The translations under genes and the position numbers were made by a program. 64,000 nucleotides of DNA. It comes from Mobula hypostoma (lineage: Eukaryota). The DNA lies in the NCBI RefSeq assembly GCF_963921235.1, contig NC_086118.1:24368001-24432000 (forward strand), read 5' to 3'. Shown piece by piece: positions 52,455-64,000 of the stretch (positions are counted from its first letter, which is position 1; every line of letters starts with the position of its first letter). The notes under the pieces are model-generated. The model ran no database searches. It had not been told where the DNA came from and saw nothing but the letters and a program-made list of their open reading frames with translations.

Positions 52455-55385
52455 AATAACCTTTGATGCCCTAAATAATCAAGAACCCATCAACCTCCGA
52501 TTTAAGTATACCATATGCCTTGGCTTCGTAAACCATCTGAGGCAATGAATTCCATCAATTCTCTGCTTAAAGAAATTCCTCCTCATCTCTGTTCTAAAAG
52601 AATGTCTTTCTATTCTGAGTCTGTGCCCTTTGGTCCTAGACTCTCCCACTAGAAGAAACATCTTCTCCATGCCCACTCTATCCAGGCAAAGTCAGCAATC
52701 ATTTTGAGAGGATTAGAGTATAAAAGCAAGGATGCAATTAATATTATTAACAATTATTGGGTTTTGGTGAGATCCTTCCTCATTCCTCTAAACTCCAACG
52801 AGTACAAGTCAGGGTCATCAAACACTCCTAATTAATTACACCTTTCATTCCTGGGATCATTCTCATAAACCTCTTCTGAAACCACTCTAATGCCAACATA
52901 TCCTGTCTTAGATCTTCTTCGGTCATCCATCGAAATCCGATGACGTCCACTCCTTTAACGGTGAGATCTTTGATGACTATACTGTCCTATCCTGGACCCA
53001 CAAGCTCTATTGCAGGTGGGACATGTATATGTGGCAGTGGTGGCAACCATGGCTTCATTTCTCCTGTCTCTCTTCTGCTGTCTTCTGGTTGTTCTTTCCA
53101 TCTCTAGAATATGAACCCCGTCCCTACACAGCTGTCGCCAAGTGGTACGGTCAGCAGCAACCTCCTCCAGGTCCTCGGGTCTGATCTTGCACTTCCTTAA
53201 AGCATTCTTCATCTGATCATTATAGCACTTCTTCGGCCTTCCAGCTGAGCATCGACCATGAGGTAGCTGGTTGTATAACACTCTGCAGGGTAGCCGACAT
53301 GGGGCATCCTTATCACGCGCCCCAGCAACTGCAGCTGATGCTAGGTGATCATGGCTTCAATACTTCTGCAGTTGGTCTTTACAAGTATTTCAATGTGAGG
53401 CACCCGCTCACGCCAGGTAATTCCCAGGATGCGCTGGAGGCAGATTATGTGGAAGCGCTCCAAGGACTTGCTGTGACGGCTGTAGGTTACCCAAGCTTCA
53501 CAGCTATAAAGGAGGGTGGTGACACAGACCGCCTGGCACACGGCAACCTTTGTGGAGGGACAAAGGCTCCTGTTCTGAAAGACTCTACGCCAAAGTCTCC
53601 CAAAGGCAGCTGATGCCTGTTTAATGTGGCTCTGGATGTCGTTGTCAATGCCGCTATCCTCAGAGAGAATGCTCCCCAGATATTTGAAAGATGGCACCAC
53701 TGACAGCTTTTCATCACCAACAGTGAAGGCAGGTAGAGTGGGTGGGGTGCTGGTACTCCATTGGCAAACCACTTCTGTCTTGGTGGTATTGACAGTCAGC
53801 GCCACCCTGCTGTACGCTCTCACCGCTATAGCAAGGACAGTCTGAAGATCCTCCGGAGTATGGGCCACAAGAGCACAGTCATCTGCATACTCCAGCTCCA
53901 GAAGCTACTCTCTAAAGAGTTTGGTGGTTGTGTGGAGCCTCCTGATGTCAAAGAGGTTGCCATATAATCTGACTTCCACTGCCACACCACTGCTGTCTTC
54001 AATCTCAGGGAGAAACTTGGTAACACACAAGAGGAAGATGTTAAAGAGCACTGACGCTAGCACACACCCCTGCCTCACCCCTGTGCGTACAAGGAAGGGC
54101 TCAGACTCTTGTCCTCCAGTGGTCATCCGAGCAGTCATCTCATCGTGGAACTGGCAGAGGATATTAACAAATTTATTGGGACAGCCAAACCTGAGGAGGA
54201 CATCCCATAAGAGTTCTCTTTGCACAGTGTCGAATGCTTTGGAGAGGTTGACAAAGGCCATAAGCAGGTCTTGGTATTGCTCCCGGCACAAGAGGGTGAC
54301 AAGGCCATCTGCAGCAATAGTAGGGGCATATCACTCCTTTCTGCTGCTGGAAAGTTCCTGGCTAAGGTGATGCTTCAGAGACTCATTAGCAACATCACCG
54401 AGTCAATGTTGCCTGAATCGCAGTGTGGATTTAGGAAGAACAGGAGCACGATCTCCATGACCTTTACAGCCCGGTAGCTTCAGGAAAAGTGTCTTAGATA
54501 TGGGACCTATAACTACTCACAGTGCTCCAAATGTGGTCCAACCAATGCTTTCTAAAGCCTCAGCATTATATCTTTGCTTTTATACTCTAATCCTCTTGAA
54601 ATCATTGCTAACATTGCATTTGCCTTCCTTACTCCCAACTCAACCTGCAAGTTAAATTTTATAGCATCGTGCACTAGGACTCCCAAGCCCCTTTGTGCCT
54701 GCAATTTCTGATTTTGCTGTTCATTTACAAAATAGTTTCCACCTTTAATCCTTCTACTACAGTGCATGATCATACCCTTCCCTACATTGTGTTCCATCTG
54801 CCACTTCTTTGCCCATTCTCTTCATCTGGACAAGCCCTACTGGAGGCTCCCCACTTTCACAACACTTCCTGCCCCTTCACCCATCCACAAACCATCAATT
54901 CTATCATCCAAATCATTAACATATAAAACGACAAAAGAGCCCCCAACACCAACCCTTGAGGAGCACCTCTATTTACATGCAGCTTACCAGAAAAACCTCT
55001 TTATTCCCATTCTATACCTTCTGTCTGTCAGCCAATCTTCTAAGCATGCTAGTATCTTTTCTGTAGTACCATGGGCTCTTGTCTTTTTCAGCAAAGACCT
55101 TCCAAAAATCCAAATAAACAACATCCACTGGCTCCCCTTTGTTTATCCTGCCTGTAACTTCCTCAAGGAATTCCAAGAGATATGCCAGGTAGATTTCCCC
55201 TGAAGGAAACAATGCTGACTTTGGCCTCTCTTGAAGAATCCTGAAATCTCAAGAGTGGGATTCCATCATCTGACCAACCACTGGTCAGGCAAACTAGCCT
55301 ATAATTTTCCTGTCTTTTGCCTTCTTAAAGGGTGGAGTGACATTTGTAATTTTCCTCTGGAACCATTCCTGAATCTATTGATTGA
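52455..55385 (-). mobile_element. CR1 LINE fragments interrupted by an RTE element
   Basis: ESRTKGHRLRIERHSFRTEMRRNFF; RKANAMLAMISRGLEYKSKD; VYLDFWKVF. Confidence 0.85.
52914..54489 (-). mobile_element. RTE-clade LINE, 5'-truncated with inverted 5' segment
   Basis: AFVNLSKAFDTV, GVRQGCVL, C-terminal CPTCNRACGSRIGQYSHQRSH; 10-bp TSD TGTCTTAGAT (52904-52913, 54490-54499); ~54290-54489 inverted. Confidence 0.92.
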
Positions 55386-55555
55386 AATATCAAGATCAAA
55401 ACTGGGCTGAAAAATGGTAGATGGAATTTAATGCAGACGAGTACGAGGCATTGCACTTCAGTAGGACCAACCAACGTATGCCTTATATAGTGTGGTAGAA
55501 CAAAGGGATCTGGGAATACAGGTACATAATTCATTGAAAATGGCAACACAGGTAG

Positions 55556-56245
55556 ATTGGATTAGATTATGAGAAAACACAGTTCTCTTTTATTGTCATA
55601 TAGAAATGCATACATGCATTAAGAAATGATACAATGTTCCTCCGGAGTGATATCACAGAAAACAGGACAAACCAAAGACTAACACTGACAGAACCACATA
55701 ATTATAACATATGGTTACAGCAGTGCAAAGCAATACCATAATTTGATGAAGAACAAATCATGGGCACGATAAAAATAGTCTCAAAGTCCCCGAGTCGATC
55801 GACTCCCGGGTCCCCGATAGCAGGCGGCAAAAAGGAGAAACTCCTTGCCATAAACCTCCAGGCACCGTCGACTTGCCGATGCCTTAAAAGCAGCCGACCA
55901 CAGCCAACACCGAGTCCATCCGTCCGAAAACTTCGAGCCTCCGACCAGCCTCTCTGATACAGCCTCCCGAGCACCATCCTCTGCCGAGCATCTTCGACCT
56001 AACCCTGGCTGCTGAAGCAAGCAAAGCCGAGGATTCGGGGCCTTCTGCTGCGGAGATTCCGGTTACCACACAGTAGCAGTGGCAGCAAAGCGGGCATTTC
56101 AGAAGTTTTCCAGATGTTCCTCCGTGCTCTCACGTCCGTCTCCATCAAATCAGAATTGTGCACGGTCCCCTACTTGACAGATTACAGATCTCATTCACCG
56201 GAGAGGCCGCGCGCACTGCCGTCGCGCCGCCATCTTCTCCTCCTC
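55556..56245 (-). mobile_element. Non-autonomous ~650-bp retroposon, copy 2
   Basis: Collinear with 4183-4841, same termini. Confidence 0.8.
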
Positions 56246-56250
56246 ATTTA

Positions 56251-56640
56251 GTTCCGTATGGATTATATGAGCCAAAGGGCCTGTTTCTGTGCTGCACTTT
56301 TCTATGACTTACTGCAAGCGGGCTTTTTCCACTGAGGTTGGGCAAGACTACAAGTAGGGATCATGGGTTAAGGGTGAAAGGTGAAAAGCTTAGGGGGAAC
56401 ATGGGGGAAACTTTTTCACTCAGAGGGTCATGAGAGTGTGGAATAAGCTGCCAGTGCAAGTGGTGCATGTGGGCTTGATTTCAATGTTGAAGAGAAGTTT
56501 GCCTTGGCACATGGATGGGAGGGGTATGAAGGGATATGGTCTGGGTGCAGGTCGATGGGATTAGGCAGTTAAAATGGTTCAGTATGGATTATATGAGCCA
56601 AATGGCCTGTTTCTGTGCTGCACTTTTCTATGACTCTATC
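56251..56640 (+). mobile_element. CR1 3' end preceded by a duplicate of its own terminal 59 bp
   Basis: 56251-56309 nearly identical to 56577-56635. Confidence 0.8.
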
Positions 56641-57645
56641 ACTACTAATGCCTTCACAATCTCTTTTGTTACCCCTTTCAGAACCATGGGGTGTAGTCTA
56701 CCTGGTCCAGGTGAATTATCTACCTTCAGGCCCTTCCCAAGCACTTACCCCTTAGTAATAGCAACTACACTTACTTCTGGCCCCTTTTGAATTTCTGGCA
56801 TGCTGCTGGTGTCTTCCACAGTGAAGGCAATTGCTCTGCCATTTCTTTATCCCCCATTTCTGCCTCTCCACCCTCATTCTCCAGCTGTCAGATGTCCACT
56901 CTTGCCTCCCTTTTAAGCTTTATATATCTGAAAAAACTTTTGGTATCCTCTTTTATATTATTGGCTAGCTTACCTTCATACTTCATCTTTTCTCCTCTTA
57001 TTGTGTTTCTAGTTGCCTTGTGTTGATTTTGAAAGCTTCCAATTCTCTAGCTTTCCACTAATTTTTGCTAAGTTATATGCATTCTCTTTTTCTTTAATGC
57101 TGTCTTTGACTTCCCTTGTCAGCCATGTTTGTTTTAATCTCCCTTTAGAATTCTTCTTCTTCTTTGGGATAAACCAATCCTGCATCTTCCAAGTTATCCT
57201 CAGAAAGTCCAGCCATTGCTGCTCCACCCTCATCCCTGTTAACATCCCATTCTAAACAACTTTGGCCAGCCCCTCTGAAACCCTCTGTGATCATTGTAAC
57301 ATTGCCCTTTTGACATGCCTTTTCTATCTCATATTGTAATTTGTATCCAACGTCCTGACCTCTGTTTGGAAGTCTGTATATAATCCCTATAGTTCTTTTT
57401 ACCTTTACGGTTTTTTTTAATACTCTTCACAAAGATTTTACATCTTCTGATCCTATATCACCTCTTTCGAAGGCTTTGATTTCATTTTTTCACAATAGCA
57501 CCACCACAGCCTCCCTCTGCCCACCTGTCTGTCCTTTGGATACAATGTGCATCCTTGGACGTTGAGGTCCCAGCTGCGATTTTCTTTTAAGAATGTATCT
57601 GTGATAGTCGCAATGTCATACCTCCCAATTTATAGTTTTTTTAAA

Positions 57646-58260
57646 GAGTATGAGGACACGTAGTCCTCTTTTATTGTCATTTAGTAATGCATGCATTAAG
57701 AAATGATACAATATTCCTCCGGTGCGATATCACAAAAACAGAGGACAGACCAAGACTGAGAAACTAACAAAACCACATAATTATAACATATAGTTACAAC
57801 AGTGCAACAATACCATAACTTGATGAAGAACAGTCCATGGCACAGTAAAAAGTTCAAAGTTTCTCGAATGTCCCACATCTCATGCAGACGGGAGAAGGAA
57901 GAAAACTCTCCCTGCCATGCCTGACCACAGTCCGACTCTGACTTGTCCGAAAACTTCAAGCTCTGATCAGCCCTCCGACACCGAGTACCGAGCACCATCT
58001 CTATCTGAACACTTCGACCTCAGCTATGGTCGCCAGCAGCAGGCAAAGCCAGGGATTTTGGGGCCTTCCCTCTGGAAGATTCTCGATCACATGGTAACAA
58101 CAGCAGCGAGCCAGGCATTTCAGAAATTTCTCCAGATGTTCCTCTGTTTCTCACGTCTGTCTTCATCAAATCAGAACTGTCCATGGCCCCATTTAACAGA
58201 AACTATATCATTTCACTGGAGAGTGGCGCGCGCTGCGTCGTGCTGCCATCTTCTCCTCCC
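57646..58260 (-). mobile_element. Non-autonomous ~650-bp retroposon, copy 3
   Basis: Collinear with 4183-4841, same termini. Confidence 0.8.
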
Positions 58261-58291
58261 ACACTGCAACATCTTTTACCTTATTTCATAT

Positions 58292-58574
58292 TGTGGCGAG
58301 CACTCAGCCCATGATGACAGATGAATAAAGTTTGTTCATGTCAACTGATGTCTTTATTGTGATAGGCACAAAACCAGACCGAGCGCAATGACCCAGGTAG
58401 AGAACCCCCTCAGTCACATACAGATGGGGGAGGTGATTATTGCACACGACGGTTACAGTCAAGGTAACACACTAGTGAATAGCTGTACAATTCAAGCTAA
58501 AATGTAACAATAAATGAACGAACATCCCACCATAATCCCACGAGCGCTTTTGAAAACAAGAACAGGATGCCACA
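58292..58574. mobile_element. Solo LTR (Gypsy-like)
   Basis: TGTGGC...GCCACA termini; 4-bp TSD ATAT (58288-58291, 58575-58578); the CR1 sequence rejoins across it. Confidence 0.85.
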
Positions 58575-60632
58575 ATATACTGTGTATATTCAAATATAAC
58601 ATTTTCAGTCCTGTATTCATCACCCATTTCAATTTTGTTTCCATGTTGCTAGAAGTTAAATTCTTAACTTTTTCTAAACTTTTAGCTTATTCTTTATTCT
58701 GAAGACCTCAGCAACCTCTTCTGTACTTTGCTTCTCTTTTACTTTATTCATCCTTTTCCAAGCTGTTGGATAAAAAAAACCTACTCTTTAGATTAAAGCC
58801 ATATCCACAGCCCCAGTTATGACATTTACCAGGATACTTACCCCAGTATGGTTCTGGTTGAGCCAGTCCCATCGGAATAGCTCCTTCCCTCCCGAATACT
58901 GTGCCAGTGTCCCGTGAACTTCTTCCACGCCAATCTTTGAGCCACACAAACTGGACAATGGCACCACATTTCAAATAGACTCATACAAACAAGTGAGTAA
59001 ATGGTAAAATCCAGTTCAGAAGAACCTACAACTCTTCACTGTGCCTCCAACAATAAAACTCCATTTTAAAGCCAGGAAAATATTTCATAAACAGCCAACT
59101 ATTGACTGCAGTAAGCCAGGCACATTGAGCATAAGTGGACAGCACTTCATGCAGTTCACATCAACTATTTAACAGGGCACAACTCTGTCAGATACCCTTG
59201 CAAATTATTGTTTTTTTAGGTTAATTTAAATTGCTCTTCATTGACCTTTAATAAGACTTGGAAAAGGAAAAAAGCCAATGTGAGTAATTCTTGTTTTTAT
59301 GAGGCCATTTGAAATGTGGTCAACACTCATCAAAATTATCCGGATGGTTGAACAGCTCTGTGTTACTTTTGTCTGATGTTGAACAAGTATTTATACTATT
59401 TTTGTAAAAGCTAATGTTCACAGGAAATCATGACTCACTCAAGCAGGCATTGGATAATTGAAAAGGAAGTTCATGGAATGATGCATTTTGCTGTGACTGT
59501 GGGTTAAAATTACAAGCTGTAACAGTTTAATGGCTTTGATTCATAATTTTGATTATTACCTATATTTATTGTGGAGTAATGAAAAGTATTTATATGATTT
59601 TATTTAAAGCATTTTCTCGCAAAAATTCACCCTTAATATAATATAGTACATTGGTAATTAGACCAAATAATCATGGGAAGCAAACTGACTTATATCTAAA
59701 TTAGTTTAAAGTTGGACCATTTAATCAGCTCCCTTGTGATATATAATTGCAATATAAACACCAAGATTGTTACTGGCCAACATATATGTTATGCATATAT
59801 TAATTATTATCCCAGGTGGTCAAGTAAATGGGGCTATTTGGAATGCCTGCATTTAATAAAGTTAATAACCTGCAATATGACTTCAAGTTACAAAAATGAA
59901 AGGATTTTGGAATGTGCCAAATTAAGGCTAAAAGTAATAATGCATTAATGGAAAATACGAGGATAGAATTAAGGTAGGCACTTCAAAAATCAAACAAATC
60001 AAAATGTAAAATCAAACATTGAGAAATAAAGAGCAATTGTGTCCCACGTAAGAATTGGACAGGCAAGAGGGCAGAAGTGAAGCAAACTATACATGTTAAA
60101 TATACATAAGTTATTGGCAGGGTACAATGATAAATTGTTGTTTTGATGCTTTACTGGATCAGACTCATTACCGTTACAAGAAAAGGAAACTCTACCACAG
60201 GGGTCCCCAACCTTTTTTGCACCACGGACAGGTCTAATATGGACAGTATTCTTGCAGACCGGCCGACCCGGGTGGGGGGGGTTGTGGGGGGTGTGTTAAT
60301 CACAACCGGAATACAGGTGATAAGTCAACTATAAGTCACTTATAAGTGGCTAATACACTCAATTTCGTTTCGAAAAGGGTTTATCTAATGAATTTAATAT
60401 TAAACACAGCGCATATTTTCCTCGCATGCATATACTGATAAGTCAATTATAACAGTGGTTCCCAACCTCTGGGCCGCGGACTGATACATTGCTGCGAAGA
60501 ATGCAGCGGTGGCGGGAATGCACCCAGCACATCTTTAAGAAAAAAGCTAAAATAAACAAGCTAATTAATTAGGCGATGCATCGCCTCTGAGTTGGGCTGA
60601 CATTTATGTGCCGGGCGGCACCTAATTAATTA

Positions 60633-60865
60633 ACACACATCAAAGTTGCTGGTGAACGCAGCAGGCCAGGCAGCATCTCTAGGAAGAGGTACAGTCGACG
60701 TTTCAGGCCAAGACCCTTCGTCAGGACTAACTGACCTGACGAAGGGTCTCGGCCTGAAATGTTGACTGCACCTCTTCCTAGAGATGCTGCCTGGCCTGCT
60801 GCGTTCACCAGCAACTTTGATGTGTGTTGCTTGAATTTCCAGCATCTGCAGAATTCCTGTTGTTT
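60633..60865. mobile_element. Foldback Penelope mini-element with two inverted hammerhead-bearing arms, copy 2
   Basis: 93-bp inverted arms (60633-60725, 60735-60827; 4 mismatches) plus 38-bp tail; 13-bp TSD ACCTAATTAATTA. Confidence 0.9.
60692..60729 (-). ncRNA. Minimal type I hammerhead ribozyme motif
   Basis: tagtc-CTGACGA-agg gtcttgg cct-GAAAC-GTC-gactg. Confidence 0.8.
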
Positions 60866-61742
60866 ACCTAATTAATTAGCTTGTTTATTTCGGCTCTTTC
60901 CTTAAAGATGTGCTGGGTGCTTTCCGGCTACTGCTGCACTGCTGCATTTTTCGCAGCAATGTATCGGTCCGCGGCCCGGAGGTTGGGGACCACTGAATTA
61001 TAAGTCAATTGCATCATAACATTTTAAGAAATGTTTGGATATTAAACACACAACGCATATTTTCCTCGTATGAACATATAAAATCATTGTAACACACCAA
61101 TATCGCTGAATCAATGGGAGCCCTGGGCTTGTTTCCCTGCAAAAAGACGGTCCAATCGAGGGATGATGGGAGAGAGCGATACTCGAAGGGGGTTCCTGAT
61201 GTCCAGTCTATTCCGCAATTAGTTTTTGTTGTATTCATTGCAGAAAACTCCGCTTCGCAGTGATATGATGTTGGAAATGGAAGCAACATTTTCAGTGCTT
61301 TCGTGGCTATCTCAGGATATTCAGCCTTGACTTTGATCCAGAATGCCGGCAGAGGTGTTATGTCAAACATACTTTTCAGCCCACCATCATTTGCAAGCTC
61401 GAGGAGTTGACCTTTTTCCCGCGCTGACATGGATGATTCACTGGCGACATTCACAAATAGGTCACGGATCCATTCCTTTGCACATCTTGGGTCACTGATG
61501 ACCTCGCGTGCGTTCAAGTTCAACAGTGGGCGTGACAGGGAATGAGGAAAGGTGCAGATGACTCATATTGTTTCATATCACCAAATCATAGTGCTTCTTT
61601 GTGGCCCGGTAGCACATGCTTTGCAGTCGGGTGGTTGGGGACCACTGCTCTACAATATCTGTGATAGCAAGGGGTTTCCCCAGAGAATTTTAACCAGAAA
61701 TAGGAAAGAGGGATGTATTGAGACCTGTAATGGATACATTAC

Positions 61743-61799
61743 CTTTGTGCCCTTCAGTTCTTCCTATCCATTCTTCATTGTCTGTGCTTGTGCTGAAAG
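61743..61799 (-). CDS. Weak candidate exon (phase 1-1, 57 bp)
   Basis: Acceptor ttctatctttatgatag, donor AAG|gtaatg; FSTSTDNEEWIGRTEGHK. Confidence 0.2.
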
Positions 61800-62738
61800 C
61801 TATCATAAAGATAGAAAACTGCATAGTAGTATAAGCATTAAAACTGGTAGATTTATACTGAAGCATAAGTTCCCAGATGTTGGCTCAAGCAAGCGCATGC
61901 AGCACATTAGCAGGATTAGGTTTTGTTCTGTGCTGTGGTGTAAGCCATGTGCTGGATTTTGCAGTAATTATGCAATGGCAAAGGCAGAAGCAAGAGTCTA
62001 GCTAACATTAAACCTGCTGATGAAGGCAGTGTTGACCTTTGTCTTATCTTTGTCTTGACCTTTGTCAATTATTAGATCTAACTCCTCTTCATAACTCTCT
62101 CTTGACCTCAATGTTCACCCTGAACGTCAGGCCCACAAACTGCTTGGACAGTAACTGATTTCATCTTTTCTGGAGATCTTCATCCACAACCTCCAGCCTC
62201 AAGATCCTCTAACCCTGAACCTACTTTTCCCTAACAAGTAGGACTGAGCTCATTGTTTCAACCTGTTATTTTTCAACGACATATTTCTTCTTATTTTGGC
62301 TCTGTTCTTTCTGCTTTCATATTGTTCCTTTCCAAAAGTATCGGAGACATCTCTGACAATATCTGGTCATTTTCCAGTTAAATTTTCGCTGTGGATAGCC
62401 CGTCTTTCTCGACCTCTCACTCACATGAGATGACATGAAGGCCAACTCATTCTCTTCCACCTCCACTCACTTTCAGTTGCATGAACTTGTTCTCACATTG
62501 AACAGTTTCTTCTTTAACATTATTCACTGCGATAAGCTGCAGGGGACCAAACTATATCCTTCATTTTGTGGGATGTGTAAAGCAGCCCTTGTTTCAGTCC
62601 CAGACAGGTCTTCTCCTTCATTTTTTTGATACTTACAGACTGGGTTCACGCTAGGAAATCGGGGATGGCAGGTTAGTGCAATAAAGTGGCTCTGAAGGAC
62701 AGATCAGCTCTGATTTTATTGAATGGTATGCATAAAGA

Positions 62739-63075
62739 ATGTTAAAAATATCATGGACCACACACACACACATCAGATGAAGAAGTTCTCAGAGGCGCCC
62801 AAGCAGTTCGATCACTCATACCAACAATAAGAGAAAGACAACTCAGATTCCTAGGACACATCATGCGGAAAGATGAACTAGAAAAACTCATACTCTCTGG
62901 AAAGATTGAGGGGAGCAAACCTAGAGGAAGACCTCGGCTTATGTACATCAAAAGCAAGGCCAGGAGGCTATAGGTCGAGGAAATGGAAGTCATCCAAAAA
63001 ACGAAGGGTAGATTATATGGAAAACTATGGTCACCAAAGTCCACATCAGATATGGTACCTAGACAGACAGACATA
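62739..63075 (+). mobile_element. RTE-type LINE 3' fragment
   Basis: IRERQLRFLGHIMRKDELEKLILSGKIEGSKPRGRPR; (AGAC)n tail; 8-bp TSD CATAAAGA. Confidence 0.85.
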
Positions 63076-63102
63076 CATAAAGAGTCTACATCCCATTCCT
63101 AC

Positions 63103-64000
63103 TCAACACACACAAAATCCTGGAGGAACTCAGCAAGTCAAACAGCATCTATGGAAATGAATAAATAGTCGACATTTTGGGCCAAGACCCGTCTTCAAGA
63201 CTAAAAAGGAAGAGGGAATATGCCAGAGTACAATGGTGAGGGGAGGGGAAGGAGGACTAAAAAGGAAGAGGGAATATGCCAGAGTACAATGGTGTAGGGA
63301 GGGGAAGGAGGACTAAAAAGGAAGAGGGAATATGCCAGAGTACAATGGTGTGGGGAAGAAGGTGATTGGTGAAGACAGGTGGGTTGGAAAGATAATGGGC
63401 TGGAGAAGAAGGAATCTTATAGGAGAGAAAAGTGGACCATTTGAGAAGGAGAAGGAGGAGGGGACCTAGGGGGAAGTGATAGGCAGGTGAGATGAGGTAA
63501 AAGGACACATTGGGGAAGAGAAGAGTGTAGAGGGAAGGAAAATATTTTTTTTAACCAGAAGGTTGGAGGTTACCTAGAAAGAGTATAAGGTGTTACTCCT
63601 CCACCCTGAGAGTGGCCATATTCTGGCACAAGAGGAGACCATGGATCAGGATGTCGGAACAGGAATAGGAATTGGAATTAAAGTGTTTGGTCACCCAGAA
63701 GTTCTGCTTTTGTTAGATGGAGTGGAGATGCTTGACAAAGGAGTCACCCAATTTACGATGGGTCTCACTAATGTAGAGAGTCCACATCGGAAGCACCGGA
63801 CACAAATTACAGCCCTAGAGGATTTGCAGGTGAAGTGTTGCCTCACCTGGAAGGACTGTTTAGAGCCCTAAATGGACGTGAGGGAGGAGTTGGATGAGAA
63901 GGCGTAGCACTTTGGCTGCTTGCAGGGATAAATGCTGGCAGGGAGATTAGAGGCGAGAGCGAAATGCATACGGGAATTACTGAGGGAGTGATCCCTATGG
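63103..64000 (-). mobile_element. Penelope-like 3' portion (runs off window end)
   Basis: Collinear with 35476-36360 and 34038-34760. Confidence 0.88.
63199..63355. repeat. 56-bp tandem repeat, ~2.8 copies, in the PLE terminal repeat
   Basis: gactaaaaaggaagagggaatatgccagagtacaatggtg... at 63199, 63255 and 63311. Confidence 0.95.

Larger units (their letters stand above)
56641..58950 (-). mobile_element. Decayed CR1 (endonuclease-tether region) interrupted by two insertions
   Basis: ORF 57009-57245 WLTREVKDSIKEKENAY; collinear with 49100-50800. Confidence 0.8.
60453..60995. mobile_element. Palindromic hAT MITE nested in the hAT element
   Basis: CAGTGGTTCCCAACCT / AGGTTGGGGACCACTG with inverted arms over 100 bp; 8-bp TSD AATTATAA (60445-60452, 60996-61003). 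Confidence 0.92.
60198..61647 (-). mobile_element. hAT (Charlie/Buster-like) internally deleted transposon, copy 2
   Basis: TIRs CAGGGGTCCCCAACC / GGTTGGGGACCACTG; TSD CTCTACCA / CTCTACAA; ORF 61014-61523 homologous to 5561-5960. Confidence 0.93.

Noticed and set aside
63199..63355. Regularly spaced repeats, CRISPR-like at first sight
   Set aside because: Whole-unit tandem copies with no unique spacers, in a eukaryotic context

Overview
This is vertebrate nuclear DNA, not prokaryotic. The repeat set (CR1 with esterase ORF1, Neptune-type Penelope elements, V- and CORE-SINEs, Rex/Babar, hAT-Charlie) suggests a cartilaginous fish, probably a ray; that assignment is inference. Roughly half of the window is transposon-derived and heavily nested. 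There are many CR1 LINEs, Penelope-like elements (PLEs), one RTE with a 5' inversion, and hAT, mariner and Chapaev3 DNA-transposon derivatives. There are also two solo LTRs, SINEs and three copies of an unassigned ~650-bp non-autonomous retroposon. The most striking signal is a minimal hammerhead-ribozyme motif in the PLE terminal repeat, seen about 10 times. Two ~235-bp TSD-flanked foldback mini-elements each consist of two inverted ribozyme-bearing arms. The unique DNA holds several minus-strand exon candidates of a gene I cannot identify. No rRNA, true tRNA gene or CRISPR array was found. Boundaries without a stated TSD are approximate.
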